A stretch of 64,000 bases of DNA from an uncultured delta proteobacterium (lineage in GTDB: Bacteria; Desulfobacterota; Syntrophobacteria; Syntrophobacterales; Syntrophobacteraceae): assembly GCA_963808625.1 (NCBI GenBank), contig CAWEHK010000018.1:128001-192000 (forward strand), read 5' to 3'. Shown piece by piece: positions 40,080-50,480 of this stretch. A model generated the notes under the pieces. The model ran no database searches, was not told where the DNA came from, and saw only the letters and a list, made by a program, of their open reading frames with translations. The stretch's first letter is position 1, and each line of letters starts with the position of its first letter. The position numbers and the translations under genes are program-made.

Positions 40080-41488
40080 AAGATCGGAGTTCGGACCCGA
40101 CGGCAAATTCCAGGCAAACCGTCCTGATCGTGGACGATGACCATCACATCCTGGAGGTTTTGGAAGCCCGCCTTTCCTCCGCAGGACTCCGCGTGCACAC
40201 CGCCATCAGCGCCCCGGAAGCTCTTGAGATCCTTAAAACACGCCCGGTCGACCTCCTCATCTCCGATGTTCGAATGCCGGGGATGGGAGGTATGGACCTG
40301 TTCAGCGAGGCACGCGCGATGCGGCCGGAACTGCCGGTCATTTTTCTTACGGCCTACGGGACCATCCCGGACGCGGTAAAGGCGGTCAAGGCCGGAGTTG
40401 TGGACTATTTGACGAAACCCTTCGAAGGCCGCGAGCTCCTGCAGAAAGTCCAGGACATTCTGCGCACGCGAGCGCCTCGTCAACCCCACGAAGCTTTGCC
40501 GCCGTTGCACAAAGTCCTGACCGGAGGGAAGAGTCAGGCGATGAGAGAACTCTACGACCTGATTGAAAGGATCGCACCCAGCGACATCAATGTTCTCATT
40601 TTGGGTGAGAGCGGCGTAGGGAAAGAACGGGTGGCGCGCCTGATTCACGAGCGTGGTCCGCGGCGTCATCACCCTTTTGTCGTCGTGGATTGCGGGTCTA
40701 CTCCTACGGGGCTCCTCGAAAGCGAACTCTTTGGACATGTGCGGGGGGCCTTTACTCACGCGATTCGCGACAAGAAAGGGTTGATCGAGGCGGCGGATCG
40801 CGGCACCCTGTTTCTGGATGAAATCGGAAACATCTCTGCGGAAATGCAGATGCGGCTCCTGCGCTTTCTTGAAGACCGCAAGATCCGGAGAATCGGGGAC
40901 CTGCGGGAAATCCCCATAGACTGCCGGGTAATTGCCGCTACCAATGTGGATCTGCCGGAAGAGGTCGAGGAGGGAAATTTCCGTGAGGACCTCTATTATC
41001 GGCTCCGGGTTGTCACTCTCAAAATTCCGCCCTTGCGCGAGCGAAAAGAAGACATTCCTCTCCTTGCTCAAAACTTTGTGGAAGTCTTTTGCGAGAGCCA
41101 CAAGCTTCCCCTGGCGAAATTACCGCCCGAAACCGTAAAATGGCTGGGCGATTATCCCTGGCCGGGCAATGTGAGAGAATTGAAGAACGCCCTGGAGGGC
41201 GGAGTGGTGCTCTGCCGCGACGGCAACTTGCGCCCCGGCGATCTCAATCTCCCCGGGCTTCCCGAGTGGCGGCCAAAAACCGCAGCGGCAGGCGGGAGTG
41301 ATGCCTTTTCGCTTGACCAAAGTGAGCGCAACGCCATTATTCGTGCCCTGCAACAGGCAGGATGGGTGCAAAAGGACGCGGCGGAGTTGCTCGGCATCAG
41401 CCGTCGTGCCATCCATTACAAAATCAAGAAATACGGCATCGAACTTGCCGGCAAACGCTCGGGCGGCGATGATGCTCACAGCGATTGA
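40076..41488 (+). CDS. Sigma-54-dependent response regulator (NtrC/GlrR family)
   Basis: Receiver domain, GESGVGKE, GAFTHA, LFLDEIG, WPGNVREL and a Fis-type HTH. Confidence 0.95.
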   Translation: MKDRSSDPTANSRQTVLIVDDDHHILEVLEARLSSAGLRVHTAISAPEALEILKTRPVDLLISDVRMPGMGGMDLFSEARAMRPELPVIFLTAYGTIPDAVKAVKAGVVDYLTKPFEGRELLQKVQDILRTRAPRQPHEALPPLHKVLTGGKSQAMRELYDLIERIAPSDINVLILGESGVGKERVARLIHERGPRRHHPFVVVDCGSTPTGLLESELFGHVRGAFTHAIRDKKGLIEAADRGTLFLDEIGNISAEMQMRLLRFLEDRKIRRIGDLREIPIDCRVIAATNVDLPEEVEEGNFREDLYYRLRVVTLKIPPLRERKEDIPLLAQNFVEVFCESHKLPLAKLPPETVKWLGDYPWPGNVRELKNALEGGVVLCRDGNLRPGDLNLPGLPEWRPKTAAAGGSDAFSLDQSERNAIIRALQQAGWVQKDAAELLGISRRAIHYKIKKYGIELAGKRSGGDDAHSD

Positions 41489-41816
41489 AAGATCCCGGGA
41501 AAATCCTTGGCGACCTGAAAAAATACCGTCTTATTCCTCTTAAAATACATAAAATCCCCCATTTACGAACGAGTTTTATGTGAGTAGGAAATTGATCTAA
41601 TATTTGTGATCTTGAGCTCCTCTGCTCCTTCTCAAAATCAATCGCATGGTCCGGCCGTTGTCATCTGAGCCTCAAATGCAAATATCCGCAGTGACAAACT
41701 CTTCGCCCGTTGACTGACAACCGGGATTCCAGCAGCATCGAGTGCAGCCATTTCCAACGGATCCCAAAGGATTATGCACTGCCCGGGCCGCCGGTGTCTG
41801 ATAAGGAGGACTGACC

Positions 41817-42200
41817 ATGTTTTCGGTGCTGGTCGTTGAAAACAATGAGTTTTTCAGGAAATCCTTTGCGGGCATGCTGAAGAGCCACATACCGGCTCTG
41901 GTGATCGAGGACACGGGAGATGAAGAAGACGCCATCAAAAAGATCGCCTCACGAGTCCCTGATATCATTTTTCTCGACCTGCGCCTGCCTGGGAAAAATG
42001 GGCTTGAACTGACGAGGGAAATAAAGACCAGACACCCGGAGACGAAAATCGGCATCTTCTCAAACCTCGATCTGCCTGAATACCGGATGAGTGTTTCCAG
42101 GTGTGGCGCCGATTACTTTCTGGACAAATCTTCCCTCTGCTGCGCCGAGATTGTCGCCCTTATCGAGGGTTTGTTGGGGAGCGGAAGGACAGCCACCTGA
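41817..42200 (+). CDS. Single-domain response regulator (receiver only)
   Basis: AGGAGG SD, PDIIFLDLRLPGKNGLEL and GADYFLDK motifs. Confidence 0.85.
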   Translation: MFSVLVVENNEFFRKSFAGMLKSHIPALVIEDTGDEEDAIKKIASRVPDIIFLDLRLPGKNGLELTREIKTRHPETKIGIFSNLDLPEYRMSVSRCGADYFLDKSSLCCAEIVALIEGLLGSGRTAT

Positions 42201-42243
42201 ATCACCAAGTCAAAGATTACAGGTAAGGTTCCCCGGAGACCCT

Positions 42244-43161
42244 TCAAGGGGGATTCCCCTTAAAGCTTTCACAAAACTCCGCTCGGAAACTGCTCAGGGT
42301 GATGTGCTCCCGGACAAGGTGTTCCTGCATTGCCGGGGAAATCAGGAGGTCTCTCTCTTTTTCACGCTCTTCCGACAGTCGGGTGTCCATGCCCAAAAGG
42401 TCCTGGTCGCAATTGCCGGGGTGGACCATCCATTCAGTTATTCCCTCCGGGAGCTCCCGGAACAGGAGGATCATGGCAGCCTCATTCCAAATGCCGGTCA
42501 GGGAAATCCCTAAAAAATGATCGGGCACACGAACCCCGGCGCTCCTTATGCGCCCTCGAAAGGAGGATCGCAGAACTCCGATCAGGTTGGCTTTTGAATG
42601 CTGAATACAAAAGGATCTTCTATTATCCTTGTCCAGAAGCCGGGCAACGCGGAAAAAGGGGACTGTGTCGAAAGGGTTGCGGATCCACGGGATGGAGAAC
42701 TGGCGCGCAAGTTCGACAACCACCTCTAAGACCCCGGGCAAGACATGCACGTGCTTGTGGCTGTCAAGATGAGTCGGTTGCAGACCGTGGTCCAGGATCA
42801 TGGTGATCTGATTGCTCAGTTCCTGTCGTATGGCGGCCCTGCTGATCCCGCCTCCAAGGAGAGAAGCCGCCAGGGCCCAGGGACTCACGGGAAGACGGCC
42901 GCGCTCATCGACCAGCCCGCTGATCTCTGAGGGGTTCGAAACGGGAGGAAGGCCCGTGAGCACCAGATGGACTCCGACATCCAGGATTTCCGCATCCCTG
43001 ACCATGGCCACGGCATCATCGAAAGCGGACCCGTTGGCCATGAGCGACGTGCTGCGCACCATGCCGGCAACGGAGCAATCCCGAATCGCCTGATTGATGC
43101 CCCGGGTATAGCCCAGATCATCCGCATTGATGATCAGGATCCTCTTCCCTGTCGTTTCCAT
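42244..43161 (-). CDS. ChbG/HpnK (YdjC) family deacetylase
   Basis: LIINADDLG, VGVHLVL, THLDSHKHVH and EWMVHPG motifs. Confidence 0.9.
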   Translation of the reverse strand: METTGKRILIINADDLGYTRGINQAIRDCSVAGMVRSTSLMANGSAFDDAVAMVRDAEILDVGVHLVLTGLPPVSNPSEISGLVDERGRLPVSPWALAASLLGGGISRAAIRQELSNQITMILDHGLQPTHLDSHKHVHVLPGVLEVVVELARQFSIPWIRNPFDTVPFFRVARLLDKDNRRSFCIQHSKANLIGVLRSSFRGRIRSAGVRVPDHFLGISLTGIWNEAAMILLFRELPEGITEWMVHPGNCDQDLLGMDTRLSEEREKERDLLISPAMQEHLVREHITLSSFRAEFCESFKGNPP

Positions 43162-43454
43162 GACTCCCTTTTTTTCTCACCACAGGGTTTCGATAGACGT
43201 GACGGAATTGAAACGACTTCTTGAAATCGGTTTCCCGGTCCATGCCCGTCGCGTATGCTCGAATGTCCCCCGCTATCGACCGGTGCCCATGACGGCTGGT
43301 CTTTGCTAGCAGAAGTATCACCCTGTGTCAAGCCGGCTTCCTCCGGCCTTTCCCTCGGCTTGTCAGAGCTTTACCGCTTTTCATTTGACTGTGGCTGCGC
43401 TATATTCCGCCGCACTTCATTCGTGAAGCTCGGTCCAATATTGAGGTAAGAAGC

Positions 43455-44849
43455 GTGTCCAAATTGGCAGTAGCGCGGGTCATATTCCTTTCGTTGGCGG
43501 TTGTTTTTCTTGTTTCGAGCGGATCTGCTTCAGCCGGGGAAGTGCCGGTGCTGGGGTTGCATCAGGTGATTCTGATGGCCCTGGAAAAGAGCCCTCAGAT
43601 GAAGGAGGCAGACCAGGACATAGCGGCCGCCCAAAGTGAACTGGCCCAGGCAAAAGCCGGGCAATGGGCCCAGCTGGACGTCCTTGCGTTGACAGGACCG
43701 GCCCAGAACGCAGATCTCCCAACAGTCCTGAGCCAGCCGATCGGGGACGGGAACTACCTGGGGCAACTCACCAACAACGACAAGAACAGCGTCGGCATCT
43801 TCGGGATGTTTGATATGGCCCTCATACAGCCGCTTTTCACGTTCGGCAAAATCTCTCACCGCCAGGACGCCGCCGCGTACGGGGTAGACGCGTCGAAATC
43901 CGCCAAGGAGAAGAAGCGCGCTCAAGTGGTGCTGAATATTAAGGAGCTCTTCTACGGGACGATCGTAGCCAGGCAGGGTGTAAGCGCCGCAGATGACGCC
44001 AACCTATTCATCCGGGATGCACGCCAGCGCATCGAGCGACTCCTCAAGCTTGGCTCCCCGAATGTCAGCGACGTGGACCTCTACCGGTTGGAAACCTTTG
44101 AATCGGACGTTATGGCTTTCAAGGCCAAGGCTGAGGCAGGGGCCCGTGTGGCCTACCTTGCCCTCAAGAAAAACATCGGACTCAAGGAGGACCAGGAATT
44201 TCAACTTGACTTGAAAGAACTCCCCAGAGACACGCGGGAGCTTGAACACCAGGAAGAATACATGCAAAGGGCGCTGGAGAACAGACCCGAACTTCAGGAA
44301 CTCAAGAAGGGCATAGAGGCGCGCAAGGCGCTTGTGGATGCCGCAAGGGCCGACCTCTATCCATCTTTTTTTCTTGCTGCAGTCGGTTCCCTTGCCGGGG
44401 CTCCCGGTCGGGAGAGGATGCCGATCTCCTATTTCCGTGACGGCCTTAACCATGCCGAAGGAGGCTTTTTCCTCGGCACTGCCTGGCATTTCGATTTTGG
44501 CATCGGCACCGGGAAAATAAATAAAGCCAGGGCCGAGCATCAAAAATTGCTCTATACCAAGGAATATGCGGAACGGAACATTCCCCTTGAGGTTGCCAAA
44601 TACTATCAGGATGCAACGGAGTTTCGGAAATCCTTCCAAGCTTATGAGAAGGGCATGGTTGCAGCCCGCAAATGGATTGTCGCGGCGTTTGCCAACTTCG
44701 ACATCGGCACAGGCACGGCCAAGGATATGTTTGATGCTATCGACCGTTACGGCAAGAACCGGGGCGACTACCTTGTCGCTCTTTATAACTACCATATCGC
44801 CTTGGCCAAGATGAGTTACGCTGTCGGGGAAAAGTGGACGGAGCAATAA
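43455..44849 (+). CDS. TolC-family outer membrane efflux protein
   Basis: Signal peptide, QPLFTFGK, ALENRPEL and ARADLYP OEP repeats. Confidence 0.85.
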   Translation: MSKLAVARVIFLSLAVVFLVSSGSASAGEVPVLGLHQVILMALEKSPQMKEADQDIAAAQSELAQAKAGQWAQLDVLALTGPAQNADLPTVLSQPIGDGNYLGQLTNNDKNSVGIFGMFDMALIQPLFTFGKISHRQDAAAYGVDASKSAKEKKRAQVVLNIKELFYGTIVARQGVSAADDANLFIRDARQRIERLLKLGSPNVSDVDLYRLETFESDVMAFKAKAEAGARVAYLALKKNIGLKEDQEFQLDLKELPRDTRELEHQEEYMQRALENRPELQELKKGIEARKALVDAARADLYPSFFLAAVGSLAGAPGRERMPISYFRDGLNHAEGGFFLGTAWHFDFGIGTGKINKARAEHQKLLYTKEYAERNIPLEVAKYYQDATEFRKSFQAYEKGMVAARKWIVAAFANFDIGTGTAKDMFDAIDRYGKNRGDYLVALYNYHIALAKMSYAVGEKWTEQ

Positions 44850-44939
44850 GGTACCGGGCCTTCAGGTCTCGGCTTTTGGGTTTTACGGGGTTTCTTTTCC
44901 CGTGAGGCATGACGGTTGCCAAAAGAAAGATTGACAGGG

Positions 44940-45563
44940 ATGATTATGAGGGCATGCTTAATTATATGTTTCAGCATTCTTTTGCTGCCGGGAGGGTCCC
45001 ATGGGGCAGCAGCCCCCGCATCAGGCACGGCAGCGGTGAAGTCGGTGCTGGATCAAGCCATGGACATTCAGACGCGGCCGGACCTCCAGGGGGAGGCCCA
45101 CGTCAAGAAACGGTCGCAACTGATCCGGCAGCTTATCGCCGAGAATTTTGCCGCCGAGGAGATGGCAAAAGAATCGCTCAAAGACAGCTGGGACAAACTC
45201 TCAGCGGCTCAGCGCACGGAGTACCAGAAGCTTTTCACCACCCTCTTTCAGGATTCCTATACCCGCATGGTACTGAATTTTCTTCAAAAGGAGAGTGTTG
45301 AATATCGTCAGGAGTCTCCAGACAAGAAAGGGGTGGGAGTCTCGACAACCATCATGCGGGCAAACGAACACATTCCGGTGGATTACCATTTGATTCAGAA
45401 GAGCGGCCGCTGGCTCATAAGCGATGTCGATATCGATGGGGTCAGCATCGTTGAAAACTACCGGAACTCCTTCCGCCGCGTCATACAGACCAGCTCCTTT
45501 GACAACCTCTTGCAGAAGATGCGCCTGCAGAGCCAAGCGGTTCAGGGGGATTCCTCATCATAA
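44940..45563 (+). CDS. MlaC/HpnM (Ttg2D) family lipid-shuttle protein; start uncertain
   Basis: WDKLSAAQRTEY and WLISDVDIDGVSIVENYRNSF motifs. Confidence 0.85.
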   Translation: MIMRACLIICFSILLLPGGSHGAAAPASGTAAVKSVLDQAMDIQTRPDLQGEAHVKKRSQLIRQLIAENFAAEEMAKESLKDSWDKLSAAQRTEYQKLFTTLFQDSYTRMVLNFLQKESVEYRQESPDKKGVGVSTTIMRANEHIPVDYHLIQKSGRWLISDVDIDGVSIVENYRNSFRRVIQTSSFDNLLQKMRLQSQAVQGDSSS

Positions 45564-45585
45564 ACGCCCGGAAGACCGCGATTCG

Positions 45586-46725
45586 TCACGAGTCTCTGAC
45601 CGCCATTTTGCCGTCGTCGATGAGTCTGTAGGTTCTTCCCCGCCATGATACGGTCTTTCCCGTCTGTCCCAAAAGCCAGAACACGAAGCCGAAAAGATCT
45701 CTCAGCGGCAACAGCCAGAAGGCTTGCCGCAACAGCTTGTCACCGAGCCTCCGGATGGCCACTGCGTAGGCCATCGTCATCCGGGCGCAAAGGGTTATGG
45801 CCAGGATCGAGAGGCTCAGCGCAGACCCTTTGCCGGCCACCGCTAATAGAGTGGCAAGCACCGTCCCGTGGGTCACCATCGAGCCCAGATACCCCCAAGG
45901 CCGGCAGGCCCTGATACCTCGCGCCCAGCGGATCTGGTGTTTCATCATGTCTATAAATGAGGTCGGCGGGAGCACAAGTTCGACCACATGGGATGAGAGC
46001 TTAACTTCATAACCGGCTTGCGCCATGAGCTTGCCAAGCATGAAGTCGTCAGCGAGGTAATCCGCGACGGCCTCAAAGCCCCCGATAGCCTGCAGGTGCT
46101 TTTTGGTCGTCGCAATGGTCGCACCGAAGGCGAAAGAAAGACCCTCCATAAGCCAGGCAACCAGGACCCCGGGGGCAAATTCCGCCGTTATCCCCATAGC
46201 CTCGATCTTGGACGCAAAATCGGGCGCCGCGCCTGCCCGATAGAGGCAGGTAACCAGACCGACTCGCTCGTCGGTGAACTCAGGGACAATACTTGCCAGG
46301 TAGTCGGCCTGCACCCTGATGTCGCTGTCCACCAACACAATCAGCTCATGTTTTGCCTTTTTGAGCATATTGTGCAAGTTGTTGACCTTCGGGTTTTCTC
46401 CAATGGCGGCCGCGTCTGAAACGAGGGTGATGTCCTTACGAGAGAAATTCGCCATCAAGCGGCGGATAACCGGAATCGATGAATCCGTCTCATCACTCAC
46501 GCCAAAAACGATTTGGTAATCCGAGTAATCTTGAAGGCAGAAGGAGACATAGTTCTCGTAAGCCTCAAAATCTTTGCCGCAGAGGGGAATCATGATCGAG
46601 ACGGGAGGCCCCTGAAAACGCTTGTCCACCGATGGTTGGGAAAAGAACCGCCGGGCTGCGTAGATGCAGGCAAGATAATAGCAGATCGACACAAAGCTTA
46701 AGAAAGTCAGTATGATCGTGATCAT
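45586..46725 (-). CDS. hpnI: Hopanoid glycosyltransferase
   Basis: GENPKVNNL, DSDIRV, GLVTCLY, LADDFMLG and HQIRWAR motifs. Located in the hpnJK operon. Confidence 0.88.
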   Translation of the reverse strand: MITIILTFLSFVSICYYLACIYAARRFFSQPSVDKRFQGPPVSIMIPLCGKDFEAYENYVSFCLQDYSDYQIVFGVSDETDSSIPVIRRLMANFSRKDITLVSDAAAIGENPKVNNLHNMLKKAKHELIVLVDSDIRVQADYLASIVPEFTDERVGLVTCLYRAGAAPDFASKIEAMGITAEFAPGVLVAWLMEGLSFAFGATIATTKKHLQAIGGFEAVADYLADDFMLGKLMAQAGYEVKLSSHVVELVLPPTSFIDMMKHQIRWARGIRACRPWGYLGSMVTHGTVLATLLAVAGKGSALSLSILAITLCARMTMAYAVAIRRLGDKLLRQAFWLLPLRDLFGFVFWLLGQTGKTVSWRGRTYRLIDDGKMAVRDS

Positions 46726-47587
46726 TCGTTCACAGCCAGCCCGGAGTAATTTATTAGAGCCATACCGGGGCCGTGCAGGCGGTTCCTGAAAGCACTGCTG
46801 GTAAGGATGTCGAGTTCCCTGGAGCCTCTGAGCCTTTAAAACGGGAACCGGCGAGACCGTCGGCAGCAGAAGGATGGAAGTATATTTCATTGGTTCTTGC
46901 TGAGAGATGCTCAAGAACATGGAGAGCATATCCGAGGGTCATGGCGCCGCTGAAAAAATGGCCGTAGACACGATCGGCGAAGGAGAAACCGCGATTAATG
47001 AGATCTCTTTTCATGCGCCGAGTAAGCAGCCAAAAGACGAAAGCGACAATCGCCTTGCTCGCCAGGGCCTGTCTCCGGTATTGCACGGCAAGTCGGAAAT
47101 CATCATGAGGGACCCGCATCCGTTTGACCCGGTGCTGTTCGGCAAGTTCAAGGGCGGCCGCAAAAATCACCGGATGGACGTGCATGTGGAGATGGCTGTC
47201 GACGTGAGAAAGCTTGAGTCCGGTGGCACGAAACCGGTGGAATTGGGCGGTAAGTTCCTTTTTCAGCTGCTCTCGGGCCAAACGGGAGAAATAGTACTTC
47301 AAGCCGGCCACGGCCGGATTGTCCGAAAAATTGCCTTGCCGGTCGACCAGACGGGGGATTTCAGAATGGGGCAAGACAGCCTTGCCTTGCACGGTGACGA
47401 GGTGAATCCCAACAGCTAAACCGCGGTTCTGGTCGGCTAAGTGCACCGCATGGTCGAAGGCTTCCCCCGTTACCATCAGACTGCAACTGGTGAGCGTCCC
47501 CGCTTTGAAGGCCCTGATGATGGCTTCATTGACTTGCGGGGTCTTGCCGAAATCATCGCCGTTAACAATCACTTGAGTCTGATGCAT
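46722..47587 (-). CDS. hpnK: Hopanoid biosynthesis deacetylase (apparent frameshift near 46820)
   Basis: VNGDDFG, HVDSHLHMHVHP and EIYFHP motifs. The probable true C-terminus RELDILTS...NE* is in another frame and overlaps the hpnI ATG. Confidence 0.85.
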
Positions 47588-47641
47588 CGAGCCTTTGGTC
47601 TTGCAGCAATTGAGGCGTTTGCCGACCTGTTCCACCCCGCT

Positions 47642-49062
47642 TCAAGCCTTGACGAAGCGCCTTCTTTTGGCACGCAACTGCAGGTATTCCTTGGCTTCAC
47701 GGAATAGCCGGGTGCGCTCGCTTGGTCCCAGAACGCCTGTCGCAAGATGCGGAAAACAATTTTAGGGCGAAAGTAGTAGCGCCCGTAGAAGTACTCCACC
47801 GCCTCCACGATCTCCTCCCTGGAGAGCCCCGGGTATTTGAAATTGGGAAGCTGATGGCCCAATTCGTCGGCCATGTCGTCATCGGTCAGGTAGCCGTTGC
47901 GGCGCAGGTATGCATCAAATTCGGTCCCCGGGAAAGGATGGGCGATAGACACTTGAATCGTTTCGCAATCGAGTTCTTCCGCAAAGCGGATGGTCCGCAT
48001 GATAGTCTCCGAAGTCTCCCCCGGAAGGCCCATGATGAAGTCTCCATGAACTCTGATGCCCAGTTCTCTGCAGTTCCTCATAAAGGTGCGGGCCTGCGTC
48101 AAGGTGATACCCTTTTTGATGTTCTTGAGGATGACCGGGTCACCCGACTCGAACCCCACGACCAGCAGGCGGCAACCCGCCTCTTTCATGGCCTTAAGCA
48201 TCTCGAAATCGGCATGCACCCGGGAGTTGCAGGACCAGGTAAACTTGAGGCGTTTCAGTCGGGCGCAAAGCTCCAACACCCTGGCCTTACCCCAGGCAAA
48301 GGTGTCGTCATCAAAGAAGATCTCTCTGACATTGGGAAAGAGCTCAAAGGCTCTCCTGATTTCGGCAACGACGTTTTCACCGCTCCGGGTCCGCCACTTA
48401 TGGCCGCTGAAGGTTTGAGGCCAGAGACAGAAGGTGCAAAAAGCCGGACATCCGCGGGAGGTGTAGAAGGAAATGAACGGGTGCTGCAAAAATGGTATAT
48501 TGTATTTCGTTATATCAAGGTCGCGTTTGTAAATCTCAACGGCAAACGGCAGGGAATCAAGATCGGTGAGGAGGGGGCCGTCCTGATTGTGAATCACGTG
48601 ACCGTTATTTCGAAAGGAGACCCCCCTGAGGTCTTCAAGCCTCTTGCCCCGGGCATATTCAGCAACGGTGTAGTCAAACTCTCTCCGGGCGACAAAATCA
48701 ATAGCGGATGAGGCGTTGAGCGTCTCTTCAGGCAAGACGGAAACAGGTGGGCCAACAAAGGCAATCTTGATTCCCGGATTGGTGTCCTTGATTCGCTCGG
48801 CAAGCCGGATATCGTTTTTAAAGCCCGCAGTACTGGTGAAGACGACCACGAATTCGTAGTCCCCGGCGATCAGGATCGTTTCTTCTGCGGTCACCCCGTG
48901 GGGAGGAGCGTCGAGCAAGCGACTCTCTTTGATGAGCCCGGCAGGGTAGGAAAGCCAGGCCGGGTACCAGTAGGAAGTTATCTCGCGGCGTGCCGGCCAG
49001 CGACAGCCTGCCCCTCCGTCGAATTTCTCGAAAGATGGGGGATTGAGGAGCAAGGTTTTCAT
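47642..49062 (-). CDS. hpnJ: Hopanoid biosynthesis B12-binding radical SAM protein (apparent frameshift near 47722)
   Basis: LNPPSFEKFDGGAGCRWPARREI and RGCPAFCTFCLWPQT motifs. The C-terminus ERTRLFREAKEYL... is in a shifted frame. Confidence 0.9.
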
Positions 49063-49099
49063 CCAGTCTCCACAGGTGGAATGGCAGCGAACAGGGGTT

Positions 49100-49723
49100 T
49101 CATTCGGGAATCAACCGCTTAAAATCCACAGGCTCCTTGGCTCTCCTTTCTCCCTTCGCATGTTTTTGCTGCTGCGGTTCCGGGTTCTTCAGTTCTTCGC
49201 ATTTGGCTTCTTTTTCGATGAGCGATGTGGCACTCAGTTTCACCGAATTACCCCTGGTGTATTCCTCAACGTCCGCGCTGTTGTGTTGCAGGATCATGCT
49301 GACATTGTTGCCATCTTTGTCCTTGAACGACCATTTCCAAGCAACAAAGGCGCGAAAAGCATCTCCACGATATTGGTCCGGGTTACCGAATTTCTGCTTG
49401 AAACGACTGAGCAACTCATCAAAGAATTCCTTGTCGTTCCGATCATATTTGAGCTTGATCTTGACGATGCGGCCGGGTTTTTCACAGTTTCCGTAGAAGA
49501 TGTAGCCGCTTCGATAGCCTTCGAAGGAAGGCTTGAGCTCGACTTCCGATATGTACTCCATGTGGCGAACGGGCAAAGCGGTAGCCATCTGGAGAATACT
49601 CTTGTACTGATCGAGGCTCGCTCCCAGGCGAATTCCTGCGATCTGCTGGGGAGCCTGAGCAAAACCCATGACGGGAAAAAGAAGAGCAGTGATCAGGATT
49701 GATAGGGAAATGATCTTTCGCAT
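49100..49723 (-). CDS. Hypothetical exported protein
   Basis: GGAGG SD and signal peptide MRKIISLSILITALLFPVMGFAQ. Confidence 0.8.
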   Translation of the reverse strand: MRKIISLSILITALLFPVMGFAQAPQQIAGIRLGASLDQYKSILQMATALPVRHMEYISEVELKPSFEGYRSGYIFYGNCEKPGRIVKIKLKYDRNDKEFFDELLSRFKQKFGNPDQYRGDAFRAFVAWKWSFKDKDGNNVSMILQHNSADVEEYTRGNSVKLSATSLIEKEAKCEELKNPEPQQQKHAKGERRAKEPVDFKRLIPE

Positions 49724-49745
49724 GGACACGGCCTCCTTGAACACC

Positions 49746-50480
49746 CTATTCGGTATTCGGTAAGGGTTTTGCTTTCTTTTTCCGGTAATCCTTGTTGTGC
49801 AAATACCGAAACATCCTCTCAAGTTGGTCTTTGCAAATCATGGCGCATATAACGATCACCAGCGCGATACTCAGGAGAATCCAAAACCGGCCATATTGCT
49901 CAAGCCTTAAGAAATTCCCTTCCACAGTGAGCAGCACCGTGCCCAGCAACCGACCGACGCCGCCGATGAGAAGGAATTCCATGGTGGACAGATGCCCCAG
50001 TCCCAGGATATAGCAAAGCGCATCCTTGGGAAAACCGGGGATCAGAAAGAGCAGAAAGACCAGAAACGCGCCCTTGTGATGGAGCAGGTAGTCAAAACGT
50101 GCCATCGCCTGCGGAGCGATAAAGCGTTCGACGAAGGGCCTGCCGAGAGATCTTGAGAGTGCAAAGGCAAGGTAAGAACCCAGGGTCAGGCCGATGGTCG
50201 ACAGCAAAACCCCCAGCCAGGGTCCAAACATAAAGCCCCCTAAAATCCCGGTAGCCTCCCCCGGTACGGGCGCCGCCACAACTTGGAAGGCCTGCAGAAA
50301 AACAAATGCCACGGTTGACCAGGGACCGAGAGATTCCAGAAAACTCAGCAGTTTTTCTCTGCTGAGGAAGAGTCGCATCCAATCCGATTCATAGATCAAG
50401 GCCCAGACACCGCCAACAACAATAAGCAGGGCAAATAACTTGAGCCAAATGTGATTCCTTCGCTTGCCGTTTCCGTTAAT
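49746..50480 (-). CDS. TVP38/TMEM64 (VTT/DedA superfamily) membrane protein; start possibly ATT at 50480
   Basis: QVVAAPVPGE, GGFMFG and LIPGFPKDALCYILG motifs. The frame stays open upstream of 50399 through a TM helix. Confidence 0.85.
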   Translation of the reverse strand: MNGNGKRRNHIWLKLFALLIVVGGVWALIYESDWMRLFLSREKLLSFLESLGPWSTVAFVFLQAFQVVAAPVPGEATGILGGFMFGPWLGVLLSTIGLTLGSYLAFALSRSLGRPFVERFIAPQAMARFDYLLHHKGAFLVFLLFLIPGFPKDALCYILGLGHLSTMEFLLIGGVGRLLGTVLLTVEGNFLRLEQYGRFWILLSIALVIVICAMICKDQLERMFRYLHNKDYRKKKAKPLPNTE

